A stretch of DNA of 63,398 bases, counting the filler, from Octopus bimaculoides (taxonomy: Eukaryota): assembly GCF_001194135.2 (NCBI RefSeq). It is 5 parts of 5 records of this genome, joined end to end, with 100 filler letters (N's around TTAATTAATTAA, not from the genome) between each part and the next. Parts side by side here need not be neighbours in the genome. Positions count along the whole stretch, not along the records: positions 48,783 to 59,914 come from NC_068985.1; positions 60,015 to 63,398 come from NC_068982.1; 3 more parts are not named here. One strand, 5' to 3'. Of this stretch, positions 48,945-60,439 are shown piece after piece. How positions within the stretch are numbered: the first letter of the stretch is position 1; each line of letters opens with the position of its first letter. A model generated the notes under the pieces. The model was not told the DNA's origin, searched no databases, and worked only from the letters and a program-made list of their open reading frames with translations. Position numbers and translations under genes: made by a program.

Positions 48945-49250
48945 CCTCACCGTTTGTTTTTACTGTTTTTATTGTTTTTACTGTCTTGTTCGCACTGTCC
49001 TGTTCTTGTTAACACTTTCACCCTCCGTAAAAAATTCCAAATTTTATTTAATTTGCTTTGCAGGAAGGACTGTTCCAATGAAGTCGCGTATTGCCCTTGC
49101 CTTCGAAACGCAGAGTAGATGGAACAGGGACAACTGCTGAAGGGATATACTCTTTATGTTGCATGTCTCATTTGTGTGTTTGTTTTTTCGTTTTTATGTT
49201 TTCGTTTCCCATTGTGTTTAACGTTTTTTTTTTTTGATGTCCTGTACCCC
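48945..49250 (+). repeat. Family G interspersed repeat
   Basis: Homologous to 28680-28906 (minus). Confidence 0.6.
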
Positions 49251-49392
49251 TATATGCATGTATGTATACATATAGATGTAGGCATGTACATATATGTATG
49301 GATATATGCATATATCTAAATATTATTTATATGTATATATATATGTGTATGTGTGTGTGTGTGTGTGTGTGAGTGTGTGTGTGTATGCATAT

Positions 49393-49426
<34 letters not shown>

Positions 49427-49448
49427 ATGTGTGTATGTATGTATGTAT

Positions 49449-50790
49449 ACATCATCATCATCATCATCATCATCATCGTTTAACATCTGCCTTCCATGCT
49501 AGCATGGGTTGGACGATTTGACTGAGGACTGGTGAACCAGATGGCTGCACCTGGCTCCAATCTGATCTGGCAGAGTTTCTACAGCTGGATGCTCTTCCTA
49601 ACGCCAACCACTCCGAGAGTGTAGTGGGTGCTTTTACGTGCCACCGGCACGAGGGCCAGTCAGGCAGCACAGGCAATGGCCATGCTCAAAATGGTGTTTT
49701 TTACGTGTCACCTGCACAGGAGCCAGTCCTGCGGCACTGGCAATGACCTCGCTCAAATGGTTTTTCACGTGCCACTGGCACAAGTGCCAGTAAGGTGACG
49801 CTGGTAACAATCACGCTCAAATGGTGCTATCACGCTCAAATGGTGCTATTTACATACCACTGAAACAGAAGCCAGACAGCTGCTCTGGCAATGATCACGC
49901 TTGGATGGTGCTTTTAGCACTCCACTGGCACAGGTGCCAGTCATCGAATTTGGTTCAACCACGATTTTGATTTCACTTGCCCCAACAGGTCTTCGCAAGC
50001 TAAGTTTAGTGTCCAATGAAGGAGAGGTTGGCATGGGTGCCAGTCATTGAATTTGGTTTGATTTCGATTTCACTTGCCTCACCAGGTCTTCACAAGCAGA
50101 GTTTAGTGTCCAATGAAGGAAAGGTATGCATAAGTGGGCTGGTTACACCCCTGGCAGAGGTCTCGGATTATGGTCTCACTTGGCTTGCCAGGTCTTCTTG
50201 CACTACATATTTCCAAAGGTCTCGGTCACAAGTCATCGCCTCGGTAAGGCCTAATGTTCGAAGGTCGTGCTTCACCACCTCATCGCAGGTCTACCTCTTC
50301 CACAGGTTCCCTCAACTGCTAGGGTGTGGCACTTTTTCACACAGCTATCCTCATCCATTCTCGCCACATGACCATACCAGCACAATTGTCTCTCTTGCAC
50401 ACCACAACTGATGCTTCTTAGGTCCAATTTTTCTCTCAAGGTACTTACACTCTGTCGAGTATGCACACTGACATTACACATCTATCGGAGCATACTGGCT
50501 TCATTCCTTGTGAGCTTACGCATGTCCTCAGCAGTCACGGCCCATGTTTCACTGCCATGTAGTATGGCTGTTCGTACACATGCATCATACAGTCTGCGTT
50601 TTACTCTGAGTGAGAGGCCCTTTGTCACCAGCAGAGGTAAGAGCTCTCTGAACTTTGCCCAGGCTATTCTTATTCTAGCAGCTACACTTTCAGCGCACCC
50701 TCCCCCGCTACTAACTTGGTCACCTAGATAATGGAAGTTATCAACTACTTCTAGTTTTTCTCCCTGGAATGTGGCAAAAGTTGTTTGCAA
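49449..50790 (-). mobile_element. 5'-truncated RTE-clade LINE (RT thumb/C-terminus, repetitive 3' UTR, (ATG)n tail)
   Basis: LEVVDNFHYLG..ARIRIAWAKFREL..LYDACVRTAILHGSETW..RNEASMLR..RQLCWYGHVARM..GRGRP; (CAT)n on plus. Confidence 0.93.
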
Positions 50791-51214
50791 TACAAATGTA
50801 ACATTTTTCATTGAAAACTTTTTCACTGTTCTTGTTTCCGTTAACGGTTAGGCATTCAGGCAAGTATTCTGGCACTGATGTAGCAACATTTGAAATATTA
50901 TCCAGGTAAATCTAGCTGAAGAAGACTAATCAAATTTACAATAACAAGCGTATTTGAAGAGTCCAAAACCTAGGTACTAGATTATCCAATTCTGGGTTGT
51001 CCATTTATCTATGTTCTTCCTGGAGGTAAGACGAAATTTTTTATGTTCACTGCCTGCATACGTCTTTGCCAGTATATATACAGTGAAGCTTTACTATAGC
51101 GTTATAAATTTATCGACTGCTATTTCCAGTAAACATTGGTGCCTTGTTGTACCACTATTCTATATTTATATATAATATATATATATTTTTATTTCTGTTT
51201 TAGAATTATTAACA

Positions 51215-51645
51215 ACCGAGACCTTTGGAAATGTGCTGTGCATGAGAAGACCCGGCAAGCCAAGTGAGATCGTTGCCAGTACCCCTGGACTGGCTCTTGT
51301 GCGGGTGGCACATAAGATGTACCATCCTGAGCGTGACCGTTGCCAGTACCGCCTGACTGGCCTTGTAGGGTTTTTGAGCGAGATCGTTGCCAGTGCCCCT
51401 GGACTGGCTCTTGTGCGGGTGGCACATAAAAGACACCATTTCGAGCGTGGCCGTTTTCGTGCGGGTGACACGTAAAAGCACCCACTACACTCTCTGAGTG
51501 GTTGGCATTAGGAAGGGCATCCAGCTGTAGAAACTCTGCCAAATTAGATTGGAGCCTGGTGTAGCCATCCGGTTGCACCAGTCCTCAGTCAAATCGTCCA
51601 ACCCATGCTAGCATGGAAAGCGGACGTTAAATGATGATGATTATG
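51215..51645 (+). mobile_element. RTE 3' UTR-only copy, inverted relative to 49449-50790
   Basis: AGGAAGGGCATCCAGCTGTAGAAACTCTGCC..CAACCCATGCTAGCATGGAAAGCGGACGTTAAATGATGAT. Confidence 0.92.
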
Positions 51646-51679
51646 ATAGCATCATAGATTATAATCCAAAACAAGAAAT

Positions 51680-52000
51680 AAAGATGCGCGTGGTACTCAT
51701 GGCTATAGCCATCAACCACACCAGCTCAGGAATCACCAGCTTCTTGAATGTATCCAGATCATTTGTGTTTAGGATTAGGAAAGTATTGAAGCCTCCAGCT
51801 CTTTCCTGGCCTTAAAAATAAATGATCAGAAATGCCTCATCTGTGGGCATGAAAAAGGGGCATTCTCTGTGGTAAGTAATCATCAAGATGCTATCATCAG
51901 TCAACTACCTTAGTGGGTTTGTGAAAATCCTATGATGAAGAGAGAGCACTTCATGTCTAGCAAGTCCCAGGAGAACAATGTGATCCTCAATATCTTGTGG
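51680..52000 (+). pseudogene. Possible maT/Tc1 transposase N-terminal relic
   Basis: ITSFLNVSRSFVFRIRK (HTH-like) and REHFMSSKSQE; no TIR identified. Confidence 0.3.
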
Positions 52001-52037
52001 CCTCCTGGTTGGAGCCACCTAGTCTACAGTGTCTTAA

Positions 52038-52264
52038 CCCTTTAGCATTTAAGCCAGCCATGTCCAGTCCAAATATTTCACCTATTTATGTTCATAACTG
52101 CCTGATCTGGCCCCTCACAACTACCTTATATTGTCATTCTAAAAATAAACAGTCACATCATTGAAATCTTGAAGCTAAGAGATAATGCATGATAAGTTCA
52201 AAACAATGGTTTTTATTTTTTAAATAAGCATTAGATTAGATAGAGTAATCTGAATGCTAAAAGG
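52038..52264 (+). mobile_element. piggyBac-like MITE (orientation arbitrary)
   Basis: TTAA|CCCTTTAGCATT ... AATGCTAAAAGG|TTAA. Confidence 0.85.
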
Positions 52265-52568
52265 TTAAGCATTGTCTGTTGGGTGGCAACCAATTCGTGG
52301 CCCCAGAATGTTGGAGACTCTGTGAAATTTGCTTTCATGAATGTAGTTGGAAAAATGAACTGGAACTCTGAGCCCTAGCATGCAGCCTCTTCAGTGATCA
52401 CATCAAGGCCATTACACCTGCTATAGTCAGTTTTGTTGACAAGCTTATTTCTTTAGAGTATCTGGTTAAACACACGTTTCATTGTTTTGAAAAGGCAAAT
52501 ATCAAACACAGTATAACTATATGTATTTAAGCGTATAAGAATAGAAATATGTTATCAGATACATGTAT

Positions 52569-52885
52569 CAGGCATGGCTGTGTGGTCGAGAAGCTTGTTT
52601 CTCAATCATGTAGTCTTGGGTCCACACCATTGAACTGACCAAAGTTTTGACAGTAGATTTGGTAGACAGAAACTGAAAGAAGCCTGTCATGTGTGTGTGT
52701 GTGTTCCCTATCATCCATCACCTGACAGCTATTGAACTTAGTGGTTCAACAAAAGAAACCGACAGAATAAGTACCAGACTTAAAAGAGATAATGGGGCCA
52801 TATTGTTTGATTAAATTCCTTCAAGGTAGTGCCTCAGCATGGCCACAGTCAAATGACTGAAACAAGTTAAAGATTAAAGGTTGAA
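52569..52885 (+). mobile_element. SINE B, degraded (followed by an RTE-tail-like relic ~52891-52990, minus)
   Basis: CAGGCATGGCTGTGTGG..GAAACTGAAAGAAGCC..GAATAAGTACCAG..CAGCATGGCCACAGTCAAATGACTGAAACAAG. Confidence 0.8.
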
Positions 52886-53529
52886 GGTAAGTCATCATCA
52901 TTGTTTTAACATCCACTTTTTCCTGCTTGCATGGTCAGGCAGTCAGGTTTTCTATAGCTCGAAGCCCTTCCTGTTGCTAACCTTCAAGTTTCCAAGCAAA
53001 ATATTTCCTCACAACTAAACATGTTTCCTGAGAAGATTGGCAATAAAATACACTGCTTGTATGATTCTTGATCTATAGTCATTTTTTCCAGGTCAGTAGA
53101 ATCATCAGAGTACAGAGAATTTACATAAAATCAGGAAAAAGCGCCAGCTGTACCATTATTAGAGTTTTGATATAACAAATATTGGCAGTAAACTGAGATA
53201 CAAAATCAAGGTGCCTAATATCCCTTGGAAAATTTTTGTCTAATAAAGACGAAGAGGAAAAGTTAATGGCTTATGGTAAGTGTATATGTCCTTCCTTCCA
53301 GAAAATGATGAAAGTGTTTAACATAAATATGCTATTTATAATTCCCAACTATACTTAGTTTTGGTGCGTTTCAAGTATTTCAAAATAAAGCACAAAGGTT
53401 GCCAGGAATCCTAAATAAATAGTTATAAAACATGATTAATGCCAATGTCAGAAGCATCCACTAGCAGAGAAAGAAGGTGCAACTGGGGTCATGTGAGTTC
53501 ACAAGGTGACCTGGATAATTTCTCTTTAA

Positions 53530-53748
53530 CCCCTTAGTGTTCAAGTTATTCTATCAAACATAATGTTTATTAATTCACATTGTTTTGAATTAATCATGCA
53601 TTATCTCATATCCTTGAGGTTTCGATGATGTGTTTGTTTAATGTAGAATAAAATGTAGGGTAGGTATGAGAGCCTGGATCTGGTCAGTTTTGAACAAAAA
53701 ACAAATGGAATATTTTGGCTGGATATGACCAGTTTAAATGTTAAAGGG
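53530..53748 (-). mobile_element. piggyBac-like MITE, same family as 52038-52264, opposite orientation
   Basis: TTAA|CCCCTTAG ... TTAAAGGG|TTAA; reverse complement aligns along the full length. Confidence 0.85.
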
Positions 53749-53879
53749 TTAATCTTGTTGAATGGTTGTAATTCCTCAGATGTTAAAATAATGTTCCCAT
53801 TTTTCCTGATTACATAACAATTAAGTTAAAAGATAAGTAGTTTCAGCACATTGTAGAATAAAATATCAGTGGAAATTCA

Positions 53880-54395
53880 TTAAGCTAAGAAATTCATTTT
53901 TAACGAAGCAGGAGCTGGACACTGCACAGTTGCATTTACCTTTTCCATCCTAGGGCAAATTCCATTGCTATCAATGATGTGGCCCAAAAAGGTGAAAGAA
54001 GAAACATCAAAAAGACATTTATTAGGATTAATAACCACTCCATAATGTGAAAATATAGTGAAGAGTTGCTTTAGATGATATGCATATTCCAGCTTCAAAG
54101 AACTAGCAATCAATAAGTCAGCAATATAAGCAAAAATGAAAATCAAATCACAATTAACTTCTTCAAAAAAATCTATTGAAGGTGTTCACAGAATTCTGAA
54201 GTTCAAAAGGCATCCTAACAAATTCATATAGTCCTAAAGATGTGATAATACCATTCAGTTCAATGGGAATTTGATTATACAAATAAACTAAATCTATCTT
54301 CGAAAAATTGCAGCACCAAGTAAAGAAGACGAGAAATCATGATTGTGAAGAACAGAATGTTTATCCAGCAAGATTTTAGCATTTAACATCTTATA
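53880..54395 (-). pseudogene. Ty3/gypsy reverse transcriptase relic (continues at 55683-~55760)
   Basis: YKMLNAK..DFSSSL.GAAIF..LGLYEFVRMPF.L.N..FAYIADLLIAS..HLKQLF..YGVVINPNKC..FLGHII..GI.P. Confidence 0.88.
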
Positions 54396-55682
54396 CAGGG
54401 TCTTGCAGATAAATTGAGGCAATTCATATGATGCATAAAACTGGTTATAAATACTAAAATAATGGTAATAGACAAATATAATTTTAATGTAACATTTATA
54501 ACAACCAAAACATTTATCACTCAATATGGCCACCTTTTTGGGCAATTACTGCCTTCACACAAGAATGAAATGTATTTTGCAGCTGCCGCAACCTCTGCCT
54601 TTTTGATTTTGCATGTTACATGCACGATGCAGGTCTTCAAACTGTTGACACTCAAGTATGGTGAAGCATTAGCCCTTGTTTGAAGAACACTCCATAAAAA
54701 GTAATTGAGAAGATTAAGATCTGGGCTATTACTGAGCCAGATGTTGGCCCTCACAAAAAATGACACCTTCTCACCGAAGAAGGCCTGTGTTGCTTTTGAC
54801 CCATGGCATGGTGCAGAATCGGGGAAAAGCACCTCATTGTGAAGCCCAAATTTCTGCTCTGTCTAAGGTAACAGAGAGTTCTTGAGGATGTCCAAATACT
54901 CCTTTGTGCTGATCTTCAAGCCAGACTCAATGAAGTGTGGATCCATCACACTTCCATCACTCACCACAGCTCCAAATACCATCACAGAGACACAGTTCTT
55001 TGTCTCAAACACAGTAGGCGGCGTCAGAAGGGTTGTATGCGATCACTTGAGAATTTCTGTGATTTACCTCAGCATCCACAGTGAACTTCTCGTCCACAAA
55101 CATGAGTTTTTCCTGCATCTTGATACTTGATGAATGACAAAAACTTTGGACATCTCTCAGCTCTGATTGCTTTGACCTTGGCTGTTAGGAGGTAATGGCA
55201 TTGTTGAACATAGCTAGTCATGCCAAGGTTCCTGTTCACAGATCTGGACACCATGGAAAAGGACACATTGCATTTCTTTGCAAGGAGATGTCATAGATTT
55301 GGATGGGTTGGCTTCAGTCAAGTATTTGAGGCCAGCAGGAAACTTTGGATTGTACTTAGAATCACTTCAAATCTTGTATTCTTTTCTATCAATCTTTCCC
55401 TCTTCTTTAAATTGTTTATACACATGTTAGACTGTTGCTTTTGGAAGTTTCATCAATTAAACAATTTTATTGGTAGTGTGCCTGGCACATACCAAAACAA
55501 CAATGGTGGAACAATTCTATTGTTCCATGACTTTCTGTTGTCAAATTAGTTCACTATTTACCTGAAATATAAAGAGGAAGATTAGGTTTTCAAGCAAGCA
55601 AGGTTTTTTCAAAAAAGCTGAAATGTTAAACCCACTAAGTCAAATGCTTAAAACTGGTCTCAGTTTTATCTGCAAAATCCTG
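54396..55682 (-). mobile_element. Full-length (1287 bp) DD37D maT-like transposon, decayed
   Basis: TA-flanked TIRs CAGGGTCTTGCAGATAAATTGAG; VDEKFTVD..N, VSVMVFGAV, DSAPCH-x-SPDLNLLNY with 37-residue spacing (third D mutated to N). Confidence 0.92.
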
Positions 55683-55865
55683 TAGACCACAGAGCGTACA
55701 ACAGCTGCTGTATGGGTAAGACTTCCATGTAGATTATCCTTATCAAGTCAGCTTTCAGTATAGTGGTTAGTCAACCACTGTACTTATAAGTGTTATTCTT
55801 TATGACATATAGAACACATGTTGTGGAAAATTAAGATAGACACGTATACATATTTAGTTTCTATC

Positions 55866-56109
55866 TATGTCTCCGCATTGCAGTTACTTGAAACTCAGCA
55901 TCAGATGTTTAAAGTGCATTTGAATGCCTAGCTGCAATAGATCATTATGAGGAAAATTTTATTGCATTCTGTTATAAATGTTAAATATCAGATCTCTGCA
56001 ACAGAATGCAATAAAGTGTTCCCCTGATGATCTAGTACAGTTAGACATCCAAATGCACTTGGAACATCCGATGTTGAGTTCCAAATAAGTGCAATGATGA
56101 AACATATAT
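55866..56109. mobile_element. Foldback palindrome, ~100-bp arms, ~20-bp spacer
   Basis: CATTGCAGTTACTTGAAACTCAGCATCAGATGTT..TTTATTGCATTCTGTT pairs with AACAGAATGCAATAAA..AACATCCGATGTTGAGTTCCAAATAAGTGCAATG. Confidence 0.8.
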
Positions 56110-57786
56110 AGGAACTAAATACTTATCTTAATTTTCCACATCAAAATTTTTCTGCTGTTCAGAAATTTTTATCCTGTTCAGTATTTACGTGAGAAAAAAT
56201 CTTTCTACTGGTTCTATTATATATATATATATATATATATATTTGTGTAAGTGTTTATGTGTTTGTCTGTATCTATGTATATGCATACACCCATATTTAA
56301 TTCTTGTATTTCCCTCATATTGCTTCATATCTCTTTACCTGCTTCTTATAGTTTTGCACTTTTTTGTGCTTTATAATTTTCCCATGTTTTCTCCTTTTGA
56401 TTTTCTCACATCCCTCCCATATTTCCCCACTCATTCCATCTTTGTTTCATTATTATATAAACTTTATCAATTACATCATTTCTATTTAATTATATAGTCA
56501 TTATTCAATTATGTTATCACATGATTTTATTGCATCGCAGCTGTATTATATCTGCAATCCTATATTACAGATTTCTCATGATTTTTATAGGAACTTTTAC
56601 TATTTCCAACATCCCTACATTTCTAAATCCCTAACTTTACCTTTTCTTCAATGAATTATTAACTCACACCTTTTATTAATTGTCCTAAGCCTTTAGTGAT
56701 CCTTCTATGTTTTATAATCTTTTACTAATTTTCTTATGATTTATTATGATTTAAAATCCATCATCACCTATGATTTGTTTTTGTTTTGTTATTTATCTTC
56801 ATCAACATTTCCACCATGTGACTACACCTAACATTCCTTTTATCTTCTTACCTAAAGTAACAAGCATTAGCTAGTCTGATTGCCTCCAAGTTTCATTGTT
56901 AATTTGTATTAATTTTACTATTATTATTTACTAGATATTTTTGTAATTTGATAGAGAATATTTATAATAGTTTTCCAGCTATACAAGGTCTCTCTCTGTC
57001 TCCCTGTGTTAGTGATTGATTTAATCTTTTTACACAAGATCTTATTTTTCTGGCTAGTCTTGCAAATTCACTTAGCATCTTGTCAAGAATATTACGACAG
57101 TAGGTAACCAATGACTAGGTTGGCATATGAAGGTGCAAATTTCGTACCCATAGCCAGGCCCTTTTTTTGGGGTATATCTTATTATCAAATCTGAAGGTGT
57201 TTTCTTCTAGTACTAGATGAGTGGCTTTGATAATGAAGTCTACTTTGAAACGTTAATTTATACATCTTCTGTGTCTCTTTACCTAGTGTTTGACTGCCTC
57301 CAGGCCCAAAATATGAGGTATGTTGGTATAGGGGTTAGTGATGTCAAAACTTGCAAGTATAGTACCTTCCGGGACAGTAGTTGGGATATGTTTGAGAAAG
57401 TCAATGTCATCCTGTATTTAGCTGGGTATTAATGGGCATAAGGGTTTGAGGAGTATGTCCAAGAGGTGACTCAGTTGTATTAGGGCTTAGGGCCCAGCAA
57501 CTATCGGTCTCATTTTGAGGTCTGTGAGTCTTTGTATTTTTATGTATTGGCTCCTCTGTTCATTTATGGCCCTCTATATCTCAGAGCTTTTGTGGATTTT
57601 GGGCAATCCGTAGAAATTGCTCTCTTTGATTATGGAGTTGCATAAATAGTCTTCTTCCTTGTCTGTGAAGGAGCCCTGGTATTGGTTAATTAATGTGATT
57701 TTATTCAGTGTTGCTTTTTCTGGGTGTCTTGATTCTTCCATATAGTATGTTTGACCTGTTAAAATTTCTAGTATATTTTTTTTGTA

Positions 57787-57951
57787 GGCACAGGCGTGGC
57801 TGTGTGGTAAGTAGCTTGCTTACCAACCACATGGTTCCGGGTTCAGTCTCACTGCATGGCACCTTGGGCAAGTGTCTTCTGCTATAACCTTGGGCTGACC
57901 AAAGCCTTGTGAATGGATTTGGTAGATGGAAACTGAAAGAAGCCCGTTGTA

Positions 57952-58002
<51 letters not shown>

Positions 58003-58222
58003 ATATGTTTGTGTGTTTGTGTTTGTCCCCCCAACATCGCTTGACAACTGATGGTGGTGTGTTTACGTCCCTGTAACTTAGAAGTTTGACAAAAGAGATA
58101 GAATAAGTACTAAGCTTACAAAGAATAAGTCCTGGGGTTGATTTGTTCCACTAAAGGTGGTGCTCCAGCATGGCCACTGTCAAATGACTAAACACGTAAA
58201 AGATTAAAAGAGTAAAAGAGTA
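57787..58222 (+). mobile_element. SINE B, full length, inserted in the PLE
   Basis: Complete head-to-tail match to 44351-44765; GTA on both sides. Confidence 0.93.
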
Positions 58223-58561
58223 GTCTGTGTCCATGATTACTATCGCCCCACCCTTGTCGGCTTCCTTTAGGATGATTGAATTGTCATTCTTTAGACTTTG
58301 TAATGCCTCCTTTTTTCCTTCACAAAGGTTTTACCTGCATTTATGAGTACTGAGAGAGAATTTTGAGATTGATTCTGTATATGTATCTAGGTGTTTGTTG
58401 CTTCCCTTTTAAGAGGTGAAATGAGATTTTTTTCTTACGATTGATTTGTCCTCTACTTTCTTATTGTCAAAGAGTTCTATAAGGCAGAGGTAATGGTTGG
58501 AGTTCTCAGTATCAATTTTGAGCTCTATGAGATTTGGAGTGGGTGTTGGGGGGGGGGGGGT

Positions 58562-58710
58562 TGTCATTAGGAAGGGCATCCAGCTGTAGAAACTCTGCCA
58601 AATCAGATTGGAGCCTGGTGTAGCCATCTGGTTTCACCAGTCCTCAGTTAAATCGTCCAACCCATGCTAGTATGGAAAGCAGACGTTAAATGATAAATGA
58701 TGATGATTAG
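58562..58710 (+). mobile_element. RTE 3' terminal fragment inserted in the PLE
   Basis: Near-identical to 51505-51640; (ATG)n tail. Confidence 0.9.
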
Positions 58711-60127
58711 TATGAGACTCATTTCATTTTCATTGAGATCTCTATTTGATAAATTTATAATTTTAGGGTCTATGTGTTTTGTGAGTTTATTAGGAACTTC
58801 TGTTGTATCGGGTCTGGAGCACTGTTGCAGTATTTTCTCCCTGAAAAAGGGATTGAGTTGTTACATCTCCAATTTCTATTTCTGGGGTTTAGGTTTCCTT
58901 GTAGGTGAGGGAACAGTTCATGTTGTCTGTGTGTATTTCGTTATCCATAGTAGTTGTCTTCTTTCTATCTTCTACGTTTGTGGGGCCGTGTGGTCATATA
59001 TCATGGGTTTCTTGAGTTTCATTATGATTTTTTATATTATAGATTCTGTGTTGTTTGTTCCTCACTTGTCTTTCATCCTATGTGTTCATCCATCTAGATC
59101 ATTCCGTATTATGGTTTAATGGTTGTCTGTATTTTGCTTGTCTTTCTTCCCATCTGTTCCTCCATCCAGAATATTTGGTTGATGGTTGTTTTTTATATTC
59201 TGTACATTTGTTCATCGCAGTATGAAGTTTTGGTACTGTAGAGTACAAGTTTCTAATTTGTATTTGAGATGAGTTGGAGGTTGTCAACGTATAAGTTTTT
59301 GGATGTCTGAGGGTCCAATATTCTTGTTTCAATCCTCTGGGTGTTTGTATTATTTTTCAATTTTCCTGTATTTTTTTTGTCGTGGTGGTTTTGTTTTCAT
59401 TATGGATTTTTCTCCATAGTTTTTTTCATAGCTAGTGAACCACTCCTGTAGTTTTTCCTACATTCTTATAGATCTTTCTTCTTCCCATTTGGTTTCTTCT
59501 TTCCATTGTTGTTGCAGCTTTTCTTGATTTTGGTTGTCATTTCTTTCAGAGATTTCAGCAAATATGATTGCATCAATTGTTGTGACCTTCTCTTCCTGCT
59601 GTACTTTTCGTGAAAAGCCACGCTTCCCATCCTTCTCAAACTTTTTCTTCTTTCTTTTTCCTTCCTCTGCAAACAACCAAAACACTCCTTTTACTTTCTT
59701 TTCTCTTTTCTATCTTCACTATCTCCCACTCTCTCCTCCTCTCTCATCCTTGCACATTTCTTTCTAATTTATTCCCCCCCCCCTCTCTCTCTAAAACATC
59801 ATCACTTTCAATTTTATATAAAAAGGCCAAGCAAACTTACTATAAATCACTATTTTGATAAGTCTGATAACAGAAGAAAGCACTAAAAATATAAATATAT
59901 ATAATCATCCAACANNNNNNNNNNNNNNNNNNNNNNNNNNNNNNNNNNNNNNNNNNNNTTAATTAATTAANNNNNNNNNNNNNNNNNNNNNNNNNNNNNN
60001 NNNNNNNNNNNNNNATATATATATATATATATATATAATATTATATATTATATATACAAAATATAAACACGCACATATATATATATACATACATACATAC
60101 ATACCTGCACACACACACACATATACA

Positions 60128-60270
60128 GCAGGTTTCTATCCGTTTCCATCTACCAATTCCACTCAAAAGGATTTGGTCGGCCGAGATACCAACCCAAGGT
60201 GCCTCGCAGTAGAACTGAACCAGGAACTATGTAGCTGGAAAGCAAGCTTCTTACAGCACCACTATGTTTC

Positions 60271-60272
<2 letters not shown>
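60128..60272 (-). mobile_element. SINE B 5' half, degraded
   Basis: GTTTCCATCTACCAATTCCACTCA..TTTGGTCGGCC..CCCAAGGTGCCTCGCAGTAGAACTGAACC. Confidence 0.75.
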
Positions 60273-60309
<37 letters not shown>

Positions 60310-60439
60310 ATATGACTGCATTTGTGTATGCATGTGTATATGTGTGTATGTAAGGTGCATGATAGCATGGCTGGAACATTGGTCTTAATTCTGCTAAATC
60401 AGGATGGATCTAGGGCAAAATCGACAATTGCTGTCATCA

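Larger units (their letters stand above)
57020..59600 (-). pseudogene. Penelope-like element RT ORF, decayed, interrupted twice
   Basis: IINLS, PTP, IILKEADKGGAIVIMD, FYGLPKIHK, MRPIVAGP, LASFDITN.YTNIPH, GLAMGTKFAPSYANL. The 5' limit is uncertain. Confidence 0.88.

Noticed and set aside
49064-49118. Apparent terminal exon KDCSNEVAYCPCLRNAE* after a good acceptor
   Set aside because: Lies within the family G repeat that recurs at 28680-28906.
49620-49950. Regularly spaced repeats that could suggest a CRISPR array
   Set aside because: Whole units are degenerate copies with no unique spacers, inside an RTE 3' UTR in a eukaryotic context with no cas genes.
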